Shown piece after piece: positions 50,774 through 62,159 of a stretch of 64,000 nucleotides of DNA (the first letter of the stretch is position 1; each line of letters opens with the position of its first letter). The notes below the pieces were generated by a model. That model was not told the DNA's origin and did no database searches. It was given only the letters and a program-made list of their open reading frames with translations. Origin of the DNA: Rebecca billardiae RCC1528 (lineage: Eukaryota; Protista; Haptophyta); assembly GCA_965240325.2 (NCBI GenBank), contig OZ251240.1:992001-1056000 (forward strand), in the 5' to 3' direction. The translations under genes were made by a program, and so were the position numbers.

Positions 50774-53259
50774 TCACAGCAGCGACTCCTGCAGCGCGTC
50801 CTCGTCCGCCGCTGAACTGCTGGCAGTGTCGCGCTGCGGCCGCTCGGCACGGCGCACGCGTCGCGTGCGCACCACCATCCTCAGCTTGGTCACGACGAGC
50901 GCCAGCACGGCCGCAAGCGCGACGCAGCCCACGAAGAGCTCGAGCAGCGCCCACTGCGCCGCCCACGTCCGCTGTGCGCGCGCGTCGCCGCGGCGCACGC
51001 TGTCCCAGGAGAGACGCAGCGCGGGCGCACGCCCAAGTGGGGCGTGCTCGGCACCACTCGCGCCCGTGTCTACATCGGCTGCGGCTGCGGCTGCGCCCGG
51101 TGCCCGGCTCGGCTTGAAGAGGTTGAGGTCCTCCAGCCCGGTGAGGGTGCCCAGCTCTGTGGGCAGCATCCCGCTGAGCGGGTCGTCGTCCACCTCGAGA
51201 CTGCTCAGCGCCGTCACACGGCCCAGCTCGGTGGGCAGTGCGCCCGTCAGCGCGTTGCCATCCACCTGGTGTCGGAGAGGCGGCGGCGTGTGGGCGCGCG
51301 GCAGGAGGGTGCGCAGGCACGCGGGGCGCGCGGGGCGTGCGCAGCGAGGGGCGGCGCGCGTGAGCGCGCGTCGGCTGCCGCTCGCTCGCAGGCGAACGCT
51401 CCGCCGGCGGCCGGTGGGCCACGCGCGCTAGCCGCCGCGAGCAGCGCGCGCGCTTGCGCGCGCGCTTTTTGGCGCGGGCATTCGCGCGCGCGCGGCACCG
51501 CGCTCACGTTCAGGTCCGTGAGCACGCTCAGCTCGCCGAGCTCGGTGGGCAGCGCGCCGCCGAGCCGGTTGGACGACACGTCCAGCTCGAGCAGCTCCGT
51601 CAGCTCGCCCACCGAGCGCGGCACCGAGCCGCTGAGCGCGTTGCCGCCGAGGTCCAGCACAAGCAGCGAGCTCAGTCGGCCGAGGGTCTCGGGGAGAGTC
51701 CCGCTCAGCCGGTTGTTTGCCGCACAGAGGGAGGTGAGGAGGGTGAGGCTGTCGAAGAGCGCGGGGGGCAGGCTGCCGTTGAGCGCGTTGTCGCTCAGCC
51801 CGAGCACGCTCAGCGCGCTCAGCCGCGCGAGGCTGGGCGGCAGCGACCCCGTGAGCGCATTCGCTCCGAGCAGCAGCGAGCGCGCGGCCGTAAGCGCGCC
51901 AAGCGAAGGTGGCACTGTGCCGACAAGGGCGTTGTGCGCGCCGCCGAGGCTGGTGAGCAGCGTGAGGCCGGAGAGCTCGGTGGGCAGCGTGCCGCTCAGC
52001 CGGCACTCGGAGGCGTCCACGACCGTCAGCTCGCCCAGCCCGCCCACCTCCGTCGGCACCGCGCCGCCCAGCGCCGGATTGGAAGCCAGCAGCAGCCGCG
52101 ACAGCGCCGTGAGCTCGCCAATCTCGGTAGGCAGTGAGCCGCTCAGATCGTTGGACTCGAGCTGGGCAGCGGCGGGGAAGGGAGGAGGAGGGTGCGGTCG
52201 GAGGCGGGTAGCCGTCGCGGGGCGGCGGGCGCGCACGGCCGACGCGCGAGCAGGCGTGCGAGCGCCCGGCACTTGCGGCCGCGGGCGGTTCGCGGCCGCG
52301 CGCGCACACGGCGCGCGGCCGCGCGCATGCTGTGCGCCGCGCGGCGCGGTGTAGGGACCCCGTGCGTGCGCGCGCGCGCGCGCGGCGCGCGGCGCGCGGC
52401 GCGCGGCGCGCACATTGAGCTCGCGCAGCCGCTTCATCCCGCCCACCAGCGTCGGGATCGGCCCGCGCAGCGCGTTGCCGCCCACGCGCAGCGCGGTCGC
52501 CGCGTGCAAGCGTCCAAGCTCCGATGGCAGCGGTCCGCCGAGTCCGTTGCCCTCGAGCGAGAGCTCGCGCAGCTTGGGCAGCCGGCCGAGGGTGGTGGGC
52601 AGCGAGCCGCGCAGCGCGTTCCCCGCGAGCTTGAGCGCCTCGAGCAGCGGCATCGACGCGGGCAGCTCGGGCGGCACCGAGCCGGTGAGAAGGTTCTCAT
52701 CGAGAAGCAGCTGCTGCAAAGAGCCGAGCCCTGAGAAGGCCACGGGCAGCGTGCCGCTGAGCTCGTTGGCCGAGAGCCCGAGCCTGCCCAGGAGCGTGAG
52801 CCGGCCGAGCTCTGCGGAGAGGCGCGGCGCGGCGCACGCGCGCGCCGTCGCGCCGGGGTGAGCGTGTGCCGCGCTCGGCCGCGCGCGCGCGCGCGCGCAC
52901 GCCAGCGCGCAACAGGCGCATGCGGGCGCGCTGCGAGCGCGCATGGCGCGCGTGGCGCGCCCCGCCGCACGGTGCCGGCGGGCTGCGCCGCACCTGAGGG
53001 CAGCTGCGCGCTCAGCACGTTCTCCTTGAGCTCGAGCTGCCTGAGCTTGTGCAGCAGCCCCAGCTCCGACGGCACCGGGCCCATCAGGTTGTTCTCCGCC
53101 ATCGCCATCGCCTGCAGCTCGCGCGCTCGGCCCAGCTCCGTCGGCAGTAGCCCCGTGAGCTCGTTGGAGCCGAGCTGCGAGGGCGCACGCGCGCGCGCGG
53201 AGCGGGGGCGGGTGGACGGGCGGGGCAGACACGCGCGAGGATGCACGCGCGCGCAGACG

Positions 53260-53297
<38 letters not shown>

Positions 53298-54522
53298 AAC
53301 ACAGGGGGCGGGGGCACGCACGCAGCCGCGGGTGAGGGCGGCAGGGACGGAAAACACGCACGCGGGCGTCAGCAAAAACGCGTTCAGTACGGGCGCAAAT
53401 CAAAGCCGCACCGCCGCGCGGGCGCCGCGCCCCCTGCGTGCCGGGCGAGCGCGCGCACGTTGAGCTCCGTCAGGTTGCCCAGGTTGCCGATCTCCGGCAC
53501 GAGCGAGCCCACGAGCTTGTTCTCGCCGAGGTTGAGCGCGCGCAGTGACGAGAGCTGCCCAGCCTCGCACGGCAGCGTGCCGGAGAGGGAGCAACCGGCG
53601 CAGTTGAACACCTCCAGCCGGCTGAGCCCGCCGATGTGCGGCGAGATCGTGCCCGAGATACTGTTGGCCTCGAGCTCGAGCACGCGCAGCCGCGTCAGGC
53701 TCGACAGCTGCGGCAGCGTGCCCGTGAGCGCGCACGCGTTCGAGCGCAGCTCACGCAGCGCCGCCATGCCGCCAAGCTCGTGCGGCAGCGAGCCGCGCAG
53801 CCGCGCGTTGCCGTTCAGCTGGAGCACGCCCAGGTCGCGGAGGAGGCCGAGCTCGGCTGCGGCCGGGGTGGGTGGGTGGTGCGTCGGGCGAAGCGCGGGG
53901 CGACGTGGTACGCGGGCGAGCGGGCGGCGGCAGCGGAATCGTCGGTGGGGGCGGTGGCGGGGGGTCGGCCGATGCGCATCAGTACCGGGTGTGCCGCCAT
54001 GCGCGGAGCAGGGCGCGAGCCGACGGCCGTCGTGGGCTGCGCGTGGCGCGCAGCGTACTTGTGACGGTGCCACTGAGCTCGTTCTTGGCGAGGTGCAGCT
54101 CCTGCAGCTGCACGAGCCTTCCCCTGCAGATGGGAACGATCGCAGCGCCGCGCAGCAGCGCCGAGCGCCGCGCGTGCAGCCGAGGGCGTGAGCGCGCTGC
54201 GAGGGGCGCACGGGCGCCGCGCGGGCCCGACGGTGTCGTATCGCGCGCACAGCTCGGTCGGGATCGTGCCCGTGATGGCGTTCTTCGAGAGCGAGAGCAC
54301 GGTGAGCGCGACCAGCAGTCCGAGCTCGCTCGGAACGGACGACGTGACGGCGTTCTCGTCCAGGTCGATTTTCTTGAGGTGCGTCATGTGGCCGAGCTCT
54401 GTCGGGATACGCCCAGTCGTGCGGAAGAAGGCGGACACGGGCTGAGCCGCGAGCAGCGCAGGATGCAGCTCATCGTCCGCGTGTTCTCGCGCGGCCGCGG
54501 CGGCCGCGGCGGTGAGCCCCAT
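50774..54522 (-). CDS. LRR receptor-like protein (about 30 plant-type LRRs, C-terminal TM, short tail); exons ~54251-54522, 54059-54123, 53459-53856, 52994-53174, 52414-52811, 51508-52161, 50774-51265; start uncertain
   Basis: Repeated LxxLxLxxNxLSGxLPxELG; TM segment WALLELFVGCVALAAVLALVVT followed by basic residues. Confidence 0.85.
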
Positions 54523-54657
54523 GATTGTGTGCACGCCGTCGTCGTCAGCGATGACGAGTTGTTTGCGCTTCGTCACACCCGCGGGGCCGTTTCACCCTAA
54601 TCATTTATTCCGGTGCGGGTGATAACCGAGGTTTGATGCCAACCAGTCTCGCGAACG

Positions 54658-55965
54658 ATGGCCGCCGCGCGGCTGGCGCTCGCAGTTGCACTGCTGCAGC
54701 CCTCACCCGGCGCCTCGGCCGGTTTTTGGAAGGCCGTGCGGCACGCCGTCGGACCGCTCGGCCTTGAGACGCGCCATGTCGCCGACCCTGTGCCCGTTCT
54801 GCCCGCGGGCCTCTCGTTTGCGACCGTCGAGCTCGCGCAGCGCTCCGGTGGCGCGCGCGAGCTGGCGCGCTTCCTCTCCGAGCACTACCAGGGCGACGAC
54901 GCGTTCGCCGTGCGCCAGCCCTCCGCACGGCTACGATGGGTGCTCCGCGCCCCCGCCATGCGCGCCGACTGGGCATTGTGCGTGCGTGACCAGCGCAGCG
55001 GCGGCCGTCTGGTCGGCTTTGTCGCAGCCGTCCCGCGCGCGCTGTGGCTCGACGGCGCGCAAGTCGACGGCGTGGAGGTGTGCTTCCTCTGCGTGCACCC
55101 GGGGTACCGTGGGCGCGGGCTCACGCCGCTCCTGCTCCGCGAGCTCGCGCGCCGGCTCGCGCGCCACGGCGTGCGCGTGGCCGTGTACACGGGAAGCAAG
55201 CGACTACCCGGCGCGCTTGCTGAGGCGCGGTACTACCACCGGCCGCTGCAGCCGCTGCGGCTGGCTCGCAGCGGGTTCGTCGAGGTGGAGCCCGCCTTCG
55301 TGCACCTGTACGCGCTCCACTTCCGCCTGCCCCGCCGCACGGCCACCGCGGGCCTCAGGCCGATGCGCAAGGCCGACATCGCGCAGTGCGCGCGGCTGCT
55401 AGATAGCGCGCACGCGCGCGCGCGGCTCGGACTCCGCTACCGCTCGCCCGCCGAGCTGGCGCACTGGCTCCGGCCGCGCGCGCGCGAGCAGATGGCGGCG
55501 TACGTCGTGGACGAGCGCGCCACGGGCGCCGTCCGCGCCGTCGTCGCCTTCTCGCTCTCCACGGCCGTGCGCACCTGCGCCGCCGCGAACGCGACGCCAT
55601 CGGACCGCACGCGCGCGCCGTGGTGGGCTCGGCCAGTGTCGGCGGTGCGCGGGCTGTGGCCGCGCGCGAGCGTGCGCGGCGCAGTTCTGCACGTGCTCGC
55701 CGCGGACGCGTCGGTCGATGTGGCCGAGCTGCTCCGCGACGCCAGCGTCCTCGCGCGGCGGCGTGGCTGCCACGTCCTCAGCGCGCTCGAGTCGCACACC
55801 ACGCCGCGCGCGGCGCTCGGCGCCGCCAAGTTCCGCGAGGGCGACAACTCCCTCCACTTTTACCTGTACAACTATGGCCTCGCGGCCGTCAGGGCGGCGA
55901 TCAGAGGGCGCGGCGGCGGCGGCCCCGTGATGCCTGCGGGGAGCGTGGCGCTGATGCCCGTCTGA
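54658..55965 (+). CDS. Divergent N-myristoyltransferase-like protein with a hydrophobic N-terminal leader
   Basis: FLCVH..RGRGLTPLLLREL, AVYTG, YYHRPL, GLRPM, KFREGD..LHFYLYNY. Confidence 0.85.
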   Translation: MAAARLALAVALLQPSPGASAGFWKAVRHAVGPLGLETRHVADPVPVLPAGLSFATVELAQRSGGARELARFLSEHYQGDDAFAVRQPSARLRWVLRAPAMRADWALCVRDQRSGGRLVGFVAAVPRALWLDGAQVDGVEVCFLCVHPGYRGRGLTPLLLRELARRLARHGVRVAVYTGSKRLPGALAEARYYHRPLQPLRLARSGFVEVEPAFVHLYALHFRLPRRTATAGLRPMRKADIAQCARLLDSAHARARLGLRYRSPAELAHWLRPRAREQMAAYVVDERATGAVRAVVAFSLSTAVRTCAAANATPSDRTRAPWWARPVSAVRGLWPRASVRGAVLHVLAADASVDVAELLRDASVLARRRGCHVLSALESHTTPRAALGAAKFREGDNSLHFYLYNYGLAAVRAAIRGRGGGGPVMPAGSVALMPV

Positions 55966-57480
55966 TGGCGCTCGGCCCTCAGTCGCTGAGTAATCCGCGG
56001 CGAGTCGCACTGTGTAGTCTGAGTCTCAGCGCGGACCAGCAGCCCTGTCTGTGTCAGTGTGATATGCGAATCAAGCCTCGACTACGGGCGTCGGCCAACC
56101 CGTCGGCCACAGGATGCCCACTTTCGCCCGTTCGTCGGCCAGTGGCCGACTACGACGAATAAATGAATAACTAAAGGACGATATATATATATATATATAT
56201 ATATGCCCGTTGCATACCACGTCGTTACTATATATATTCATACTTTATTTTCTTTATATATATTATCGGCGCAATATTATTCAATGTCACTCCCGGCAGA
56301 TGAACGTATGGTACCCCAACGAGGCCAACGAGGTTGGTCGACTCTGTCTGGTCATGATCTCGTCGTCAGCAGAAGCTGCTTGCAGCCGACTACTGTGCTG
56401 CAGCAGCCACCGCTCGTCCGCTCGCCGCGAGGCGCCCGCAGTCGCCGCGTCCGGGCAGACGATGGCGCTGCTGGCCGAGTGCAAGCGCGAGCCGTGGCAG
56501 AAGTAGGGGTCGTCGTGGGCGCGGGCGTGGGCGCGGTCGCGGGCGCGGGTGCGGCCGCTGACTCGCCCTCTGAGTCTCGCCGGGCTCGCCGCCTGCACCT
56601 CGCGTCCTACACTGACACTCGCCGGGCCGGCGCGCAGATGCAATATAGACATAGTCTGAATATCAGATTAACACACACACACACACACCTGCCAAACTCG
56701 GTCGAGACCGCCACTCAGGGGCTCAACAAGTCCACCAGTTGGGTCGGCCGAGCCCCGGGGCCGCCCTCTCGGACTACGACTGTGCAGAGTCGGACGACAG
56801 CATATGCCGCGCGGCGGCGTGCGCACGCGCGGCCACGCGCCGGCGCCGGCGCCGGCAGTGCCGTCTGGCGCGGCCTCCGGCGGTCCGGCCGCCGGACGGC
56901 CATCGGCCAATACCCATCGGCCAGAGATGGCTGGTCGACCGCTATCCATCGGTCGGACGATCAATAAGCGAAAGTCATATAGGTGCAATTTTAGGCCCAA
57001 GTGCTACGGCGAGACTTACTCACGTCATTATTAACAGAAGGTTACCCGCTGCTCAACTTTCGTCCCGCTGGAGCGACGTCTCGACCAATGGCGCGCGTGG
57101 GATGAAAGAAAGGTTCTCTGATTCTGATCTCGCGTAATAAAATTTCTGGCGCTGGGGCCTCAGGAACGCAGCGGGTCGTCTGGCGATCGGTCTGATTGGA
57201 CGAGTGCTGCGCGTCACCGGGCCTACACTGAGGGGCTAGCCGTGCTAGCCGCGATCGGATGCCCCACATGGTCAGCAGTGAGCAGCTGTCGTCCCGAACT
57301 CTCGAAGTACAGATCGATAGTCATCGTCGCGTGCAGCACCCCCAGGTCAGGGAGCGTGCCCCCCGCGTGCGCACGTGAGCCATGCAGGCACGCAGGTCGG
57401 ATGAGCGTCTTGGCCCTGCTGGCCGCAGGCAGCGCGTGCCGAGCCAAAAGCAAGACAGTCTGGGCTCCAGCAACAGCCCC

Positions 57481-60400
57481 TCAGCCCATGGCTGGCGGAA
57501 CACACCCGGGTGGGCACTTGGGCTTGACGAAACCGCCAAAGAGTAGAGTATGGCCACCGTTCAGCATCCGCTTCTGCCGCCCACGACGGATGCGCACACA
57601 CTCAGCGGGGCAAGTGACACTTGGGGTAGGTGTGGGCTTGACGTCTGGTGCTGGCGTCGGCGTCGGCGTCGGCGCCAGCCCAACCTGCACGTCGGCAGGC
57701 GCGGCGGTGGGACGGCGCAGGGGGCGAAGGCGCGCGTCGCGCGTCAAAGGGCGCGCAGTGCAAGCACGCGCCTGGAACGCTGGGCGCACTGCGCACCGGC
57801 AGGGGCGGCGGCGACGGCGGTGGCGGTGGCGGCGGCGGCGAGGGAGGAGGCGAAGGTGGTAGCGGCGGCAGCGGCGGCGGCGGCGAGGGCGGCGGCGTGG
57901 GTGGCGGTGCGTCTGGGAGCGTCGCCGGCCTGACGGCAGGATAGCCGTGCGTGCCACCCGGGTGCCACATCTGCGTGCCGAAGACATTCCTGCAAGCAAG
58001 TGTCGATGGTACCGATGCGCGGTGACGGGGTGAGGGCACAGAGGAACACGTGGCAGCGTCAGCGGCGGGCAGGGCAAGCGTGGCGCGGCGTCGGATCGCC
58101 GGGGGCACGCTAGGACAGGCTCAAAGCACGAGCGCCGCCGCCTCTCGGCCCCGCCTATTCCTCCTGCCGCACGTACATCTCATACATAAACGTCATGAGG
58201 CCGATCTCACTTGGAAGGGTGCCATCGAACGAGTTGTCGCTCACAGCCCTGCGCAGCGCGTGAGTTGCATGCACAGACGCAGAGCACTCGAGCGGGCGGT
58301 CAGGCTCGGCATGGCGAGCACCAGCTATGCGCTCGCGTGGCTGGCAAGAATATGGAGCGCCACCACCACCAGCGCCCCTGGCCGGCGCTCAGGGAATGGC
58401 CGCGCATACATCCGCTCCATAGCCGTCATGAGGCCGATCTCGCTTGGAAGGGTGCCATCGAACGAGTTCAAGGACACATCCCTGCGCAGCGTGTGGTGGC
58501 GTGCACAAACGCACAGCACACGAGCGGGCGGTCAGGCTCGGCAGGGCAAGCACCGCGCTGCGCGCTCGCGTGGCCGGCAAGACTCTGTAGCACCACCACC
58601 ACCAGCACCCCTGGCCAGCCCTCAGTGATGGTCGCGCGTACATCTGCCGCATAGCCGTCATGAGGCCGATTTCACTTGGAAGGGTGCCATCGAACGAGTT
58701 GTCATTCACCAGCCTGCGCAGCGCGTGAGTTGCATGCACAGACGCAGAGCACACGAGCGGGCGGTCAGGCTCGGCAGGGCGAGCGCCGCGATATGCGCGC
58801 GCGTGGCTGGCAAGAATATCTAGTAGCACCACCACCACCAGCACCCCTGGCCGGCCGATGGTCGCGCGTACATCTCAACCATAGCCGTCATGAGGCCGAT
58901 CTCACTTGGAAGGGTGCCGCCGAACGAGTTGTAGTTCACAGACCTGCACAGCGCGTGGTGGCGCGCACAAACACACAGCACGCGAGCGGGCGGTCAGGCT
59001 CGCGCAGGGCGAGAGCAGCGCTATGCGCTCGCGTGGCTGGCAAGAATATGTAGCACCACCACCAGCAGCACCCCTGGCCAGCCCTCAGTGATGGTCGCGC
59101 GTACATCTGCCCCAGAGCCGTCATGAGGCCGATCTCACTTGGAAGGGTGCCATCGAACGAGTTGAAGATCACCACCCTGCGCAGCGCGTGAGTTGCATGC
59201 ACAGACGCAGAGCACACGAGCGGGCGGTCAGGCCCAGCAGGGCGAGCACCTCGCCGCGCGCTCGCGTGGCTGGCAAGACTCTGTAGCACCACCACCACCA
59301 CCACCCCTGGCCCGCAATCAGTGATGGTCGCGCGTACATCGACTGCAGAGCCGTCATGAGGCCGATCTCACTTGGAAGGTTGCCATCGAACGAGTTGAAG
59401 TGCGCATACCTGCGCAACGCGTGGTGGCGTGCACAAGCGCATAGCACGCGAGTAGGCAGTCAGGCTCGGCAGGGCGAGCGCTGCGATGTGCGCGCGCGTG
59501 GCTGGCAAGAATATCTAGTAGCACCACCACCAGCAGCACCCCTGGTCTGCCCTGGGTGATGGTCGCGCGTACATCTCCGTCAGAGCCGCCAAGGTGCCGA
59601 TCTCACTTGGAAGGGTGCCATCGAACGAGTTGGTATTCACACCGCTGCGCAGCGCGTGGTGGCATGCACAAACGCACAGCGCACGCATGGGCGGTCAGGC
59701 TCGGCAGGGCGAGCGCAGCGATGTGCGCGCGCATGGCTGGCAAGAATATCTAGTAGCACCACCACCAGCAGCACCCCTGGCCGGCCGATGGTCGCGCGTA
59801 CATCTCAACCATAGCCGTCATGAGGCCGATCTCACTTGGAAGGGTGCCGCCGAACGAGTTGTCGACCGCAGACCTGCGCAGCGCGTGAGTTGCATGCACA
59901 CACTCGCAGCACACGAGCGGGTGGTCAGGCTCGGCAGGGCGAGCGCCGCGATATGCGCGCGCGTGGCTGGCAAGAATATCTAGTAGCACCACCACCACCA
60001 GCACCCCTGGCCAGCACTCGGTGCATGGTCGCGCGTACATCCGCGACAGAGCCGTCAGGAGGCCGATCTCGCTTGGAAGGGTGCCAGAGAACGAGTTGGA
60101 GTCCAAAGACCTGCGCAGCCGGAGTGGCGTGCACAAACGCACAGCGCACGCGTGGGCGGTCAGGCTCGCGCAGGGAGAGCGCCGCGCTGTGTGCTCGCGT
60201 GGCTGGCAAGAATATGTAGCACCGCCACCCCCCAGCACCTCTGGCCCGCGCTCAGTGATGGTCGCGCGTACATGTACGTCAGAGCCGTCATGAGGCCGAT
60301 CTCACTTGGAAGGGTGCCATCGAAAAAGTTGGATGGCGAATTCCTGCGCAGCGCGTGGTGGCGTGCACAAACGCATAGCACGTGAGTGGGCGGTCAGGCT

Positions 60401-61952
60401 CGGCAGGGCGAGCGCCTCGCTGTGCGCTCGCGTGGCTGGCAAGAATATGTAGCATCGCCACCACCCCCAGCACCTCTGGCCCGCGCTCAGTGATGGTCGC
60501 GCGTACATCAGCACCATAGCCGTCAGGAGGCCGATCTCGCTTGGAAGGGTGCCAGAGAACGAGTTGGCGAACACAGTCCTGCACAGCGCGTGAGTTGCAT
60601 GCACACACGCAGAGCACACGAGCGGGCGGTCAGGCTCGGCAGGACGAGCGCCGCGATATGCGCGCGCGTGGCTGGCAAGAATATCTAGTAGCACCACCAT
60701 CACCAGCAGCACCCCTGGCCGGCCGATGGTCGCGCGTACATCTCAACAATAGCAGTCATGAGGCCGATCTCACTTGGAAGGGTGCCATCGAACGAGTTCA
60801 AGTTCACAGACCTGCACAGCGCGTGGTGGCGCGCACAAACACACAGCACGCGAGCGGGCGGTCAGGCTCGCGCAGGGAGAGCGCCGCGCTGTGTGCTCGC
60901 GTGGCTGGCAAGAATATGTAGCACCGCCACCCCCAGCACCTCTGTCCCGCGCTCAGTGATGGTCGCGCGTACATGTACGTCAGAGCCGTCATGAGGCCGA
61001 TCTCACTTGGAAGGGTGCCATCGAAAGAGTTGGATCGCAATTTCCTGCGCAGCGCGTGGTGGCGTGCACAAACGCATAGCACGTGAGTGGGCGGTCAGGC
61101 TCGGCAGGGCAAGCGCCTCGCTGTGCGCTCGCGTGGCTGGCAAGAATATGTAGCACCGCCACCCCCAGCACCTCTGGCCCGCGCTCAGTGATGGTCGCGC
61201 GTACATGTACGTCAGAGCCGTCATGGTGCCGATCTCACTTGGAAGGGTGCCAAACAAGTTTTCGGTCACAGTCCTGCGCAACGAGTGGCGTGCGAACACA
61301 GCGGGCAGGCAAGGACGGAGAAGCCGCGTCAGCGCACGCTGCCCGTTCGTCGCAGCTGCCTACTGCCAGGCGACCGCACGACTGCGTGCAGAAGCGCACG
61401 GCGCGAGCCCTGCTGCTGTGGCCGTCTCGGTTGGTTGGTCGCAGAGGACACGTGCAGTCTCGCACTGGTGCGCGTCCTATCGCCGCTGCGTGCTCATTGG
61501 CTGGCTGGCTGGCTGCCCCCGCGCGCGCCGCGCCGTGCGCGTACAGCTCGGTCAGGGCGGTCAGCGTCCCGATCTCAGTTGGCATCGTGCCAGTGAGGCC
61601 TGAAAAGTCCTCCTGCGCACGTGCGACGCACGCGCGGCGAGTCGCAGATGGTGGGCCAGGCGACCGTGTGGCGAGCGCGTCATCACTCCTCGCGGCAGCG
61701 CATGCCGATTGCCGTCGCACGCATGTGCGGCATGGCCGCTCGCCGGCTCGCGCGCCATGAGCCAAGGTTTGCCGCGCCGTCGCGATGGGCGCGGGCGCCT
61801 CGCGCACGCGCGACAGCCGCGACACGCACATTGATGCTTGTGCACGCAGCCGGGCTGGCGATGCAGTTCGTGTAAGCGGTGCTGGTCTCGAAAGGGACGG
61901 CGGCAGCCGCGCCCGACGCCAGCAGACTTATCGTCACGAGCGCGACACCCAT
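57481..61952 (-). CDS. Secreted LRR protein, ~530 aa, 18 exons: 61830-61952, 61545-61612, 61205-61273, thirteen 72-bp exons (60973-61044, 60740-60811, 60507-60578, 60272-60343, 60039-60110, 59802-59873, 59573-59644, 59338-59409, 59105-59176, 58872-58943, 58642-58713, 58410-58481, 58177-58248), 57797-57989, 57481-57684; alternative ATG at 61988
   Basis: Signal peptide MGVALVTISLLASGAAAA, Cys cap CIASPAAC, 15 LRRs of type xVxxNSFDGTLPSEIGLMTAxxxM, Pro-rich stalk, Cys-containing tail. All junctions are GT-AG and the summed CDS of 1593 nt is in frame. Confidence 0.85.
58177..61273 (-). repeat. Tandem exon+intron cassette array, period ~229-237 bp, 14 exons
   Basis: Recurring ccgatctcacttggaagggtgcc (exon) and gcggtcaggctc...gcgtggctggcaaga...atggtcgcgcgtac (intron). 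Confidence 0.95.
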
Positions 61953-62159
61953 GGCATGCCGCAGCCCCGTCGTCACGCTGGTGGGCATGGGCCTTGATGC
62001 GGCTGAAAGATGGTCGCGTGCAGATCTGGCGCACCGGCGCGGAGGCACCCGCCCTCGGCCCTCGCAGGTCGCCGCGAAGATTCTACTAGGTGCGGCAACG
62101 CGCCAGCACTCACCTGTTGCGCCGGTCTGTTTTGTGGCGGTGTCGTTGTGCACTACTGT

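Noticed and set aside
58177-61273. CRISPR-like or diversity-generating retroelement interpretation of the cassette array
   Set aside because: The variable parts are in-frame LRR codons bounded by splice sites. No RT or template repeat is in the window, and the changes are not adenine-specific.
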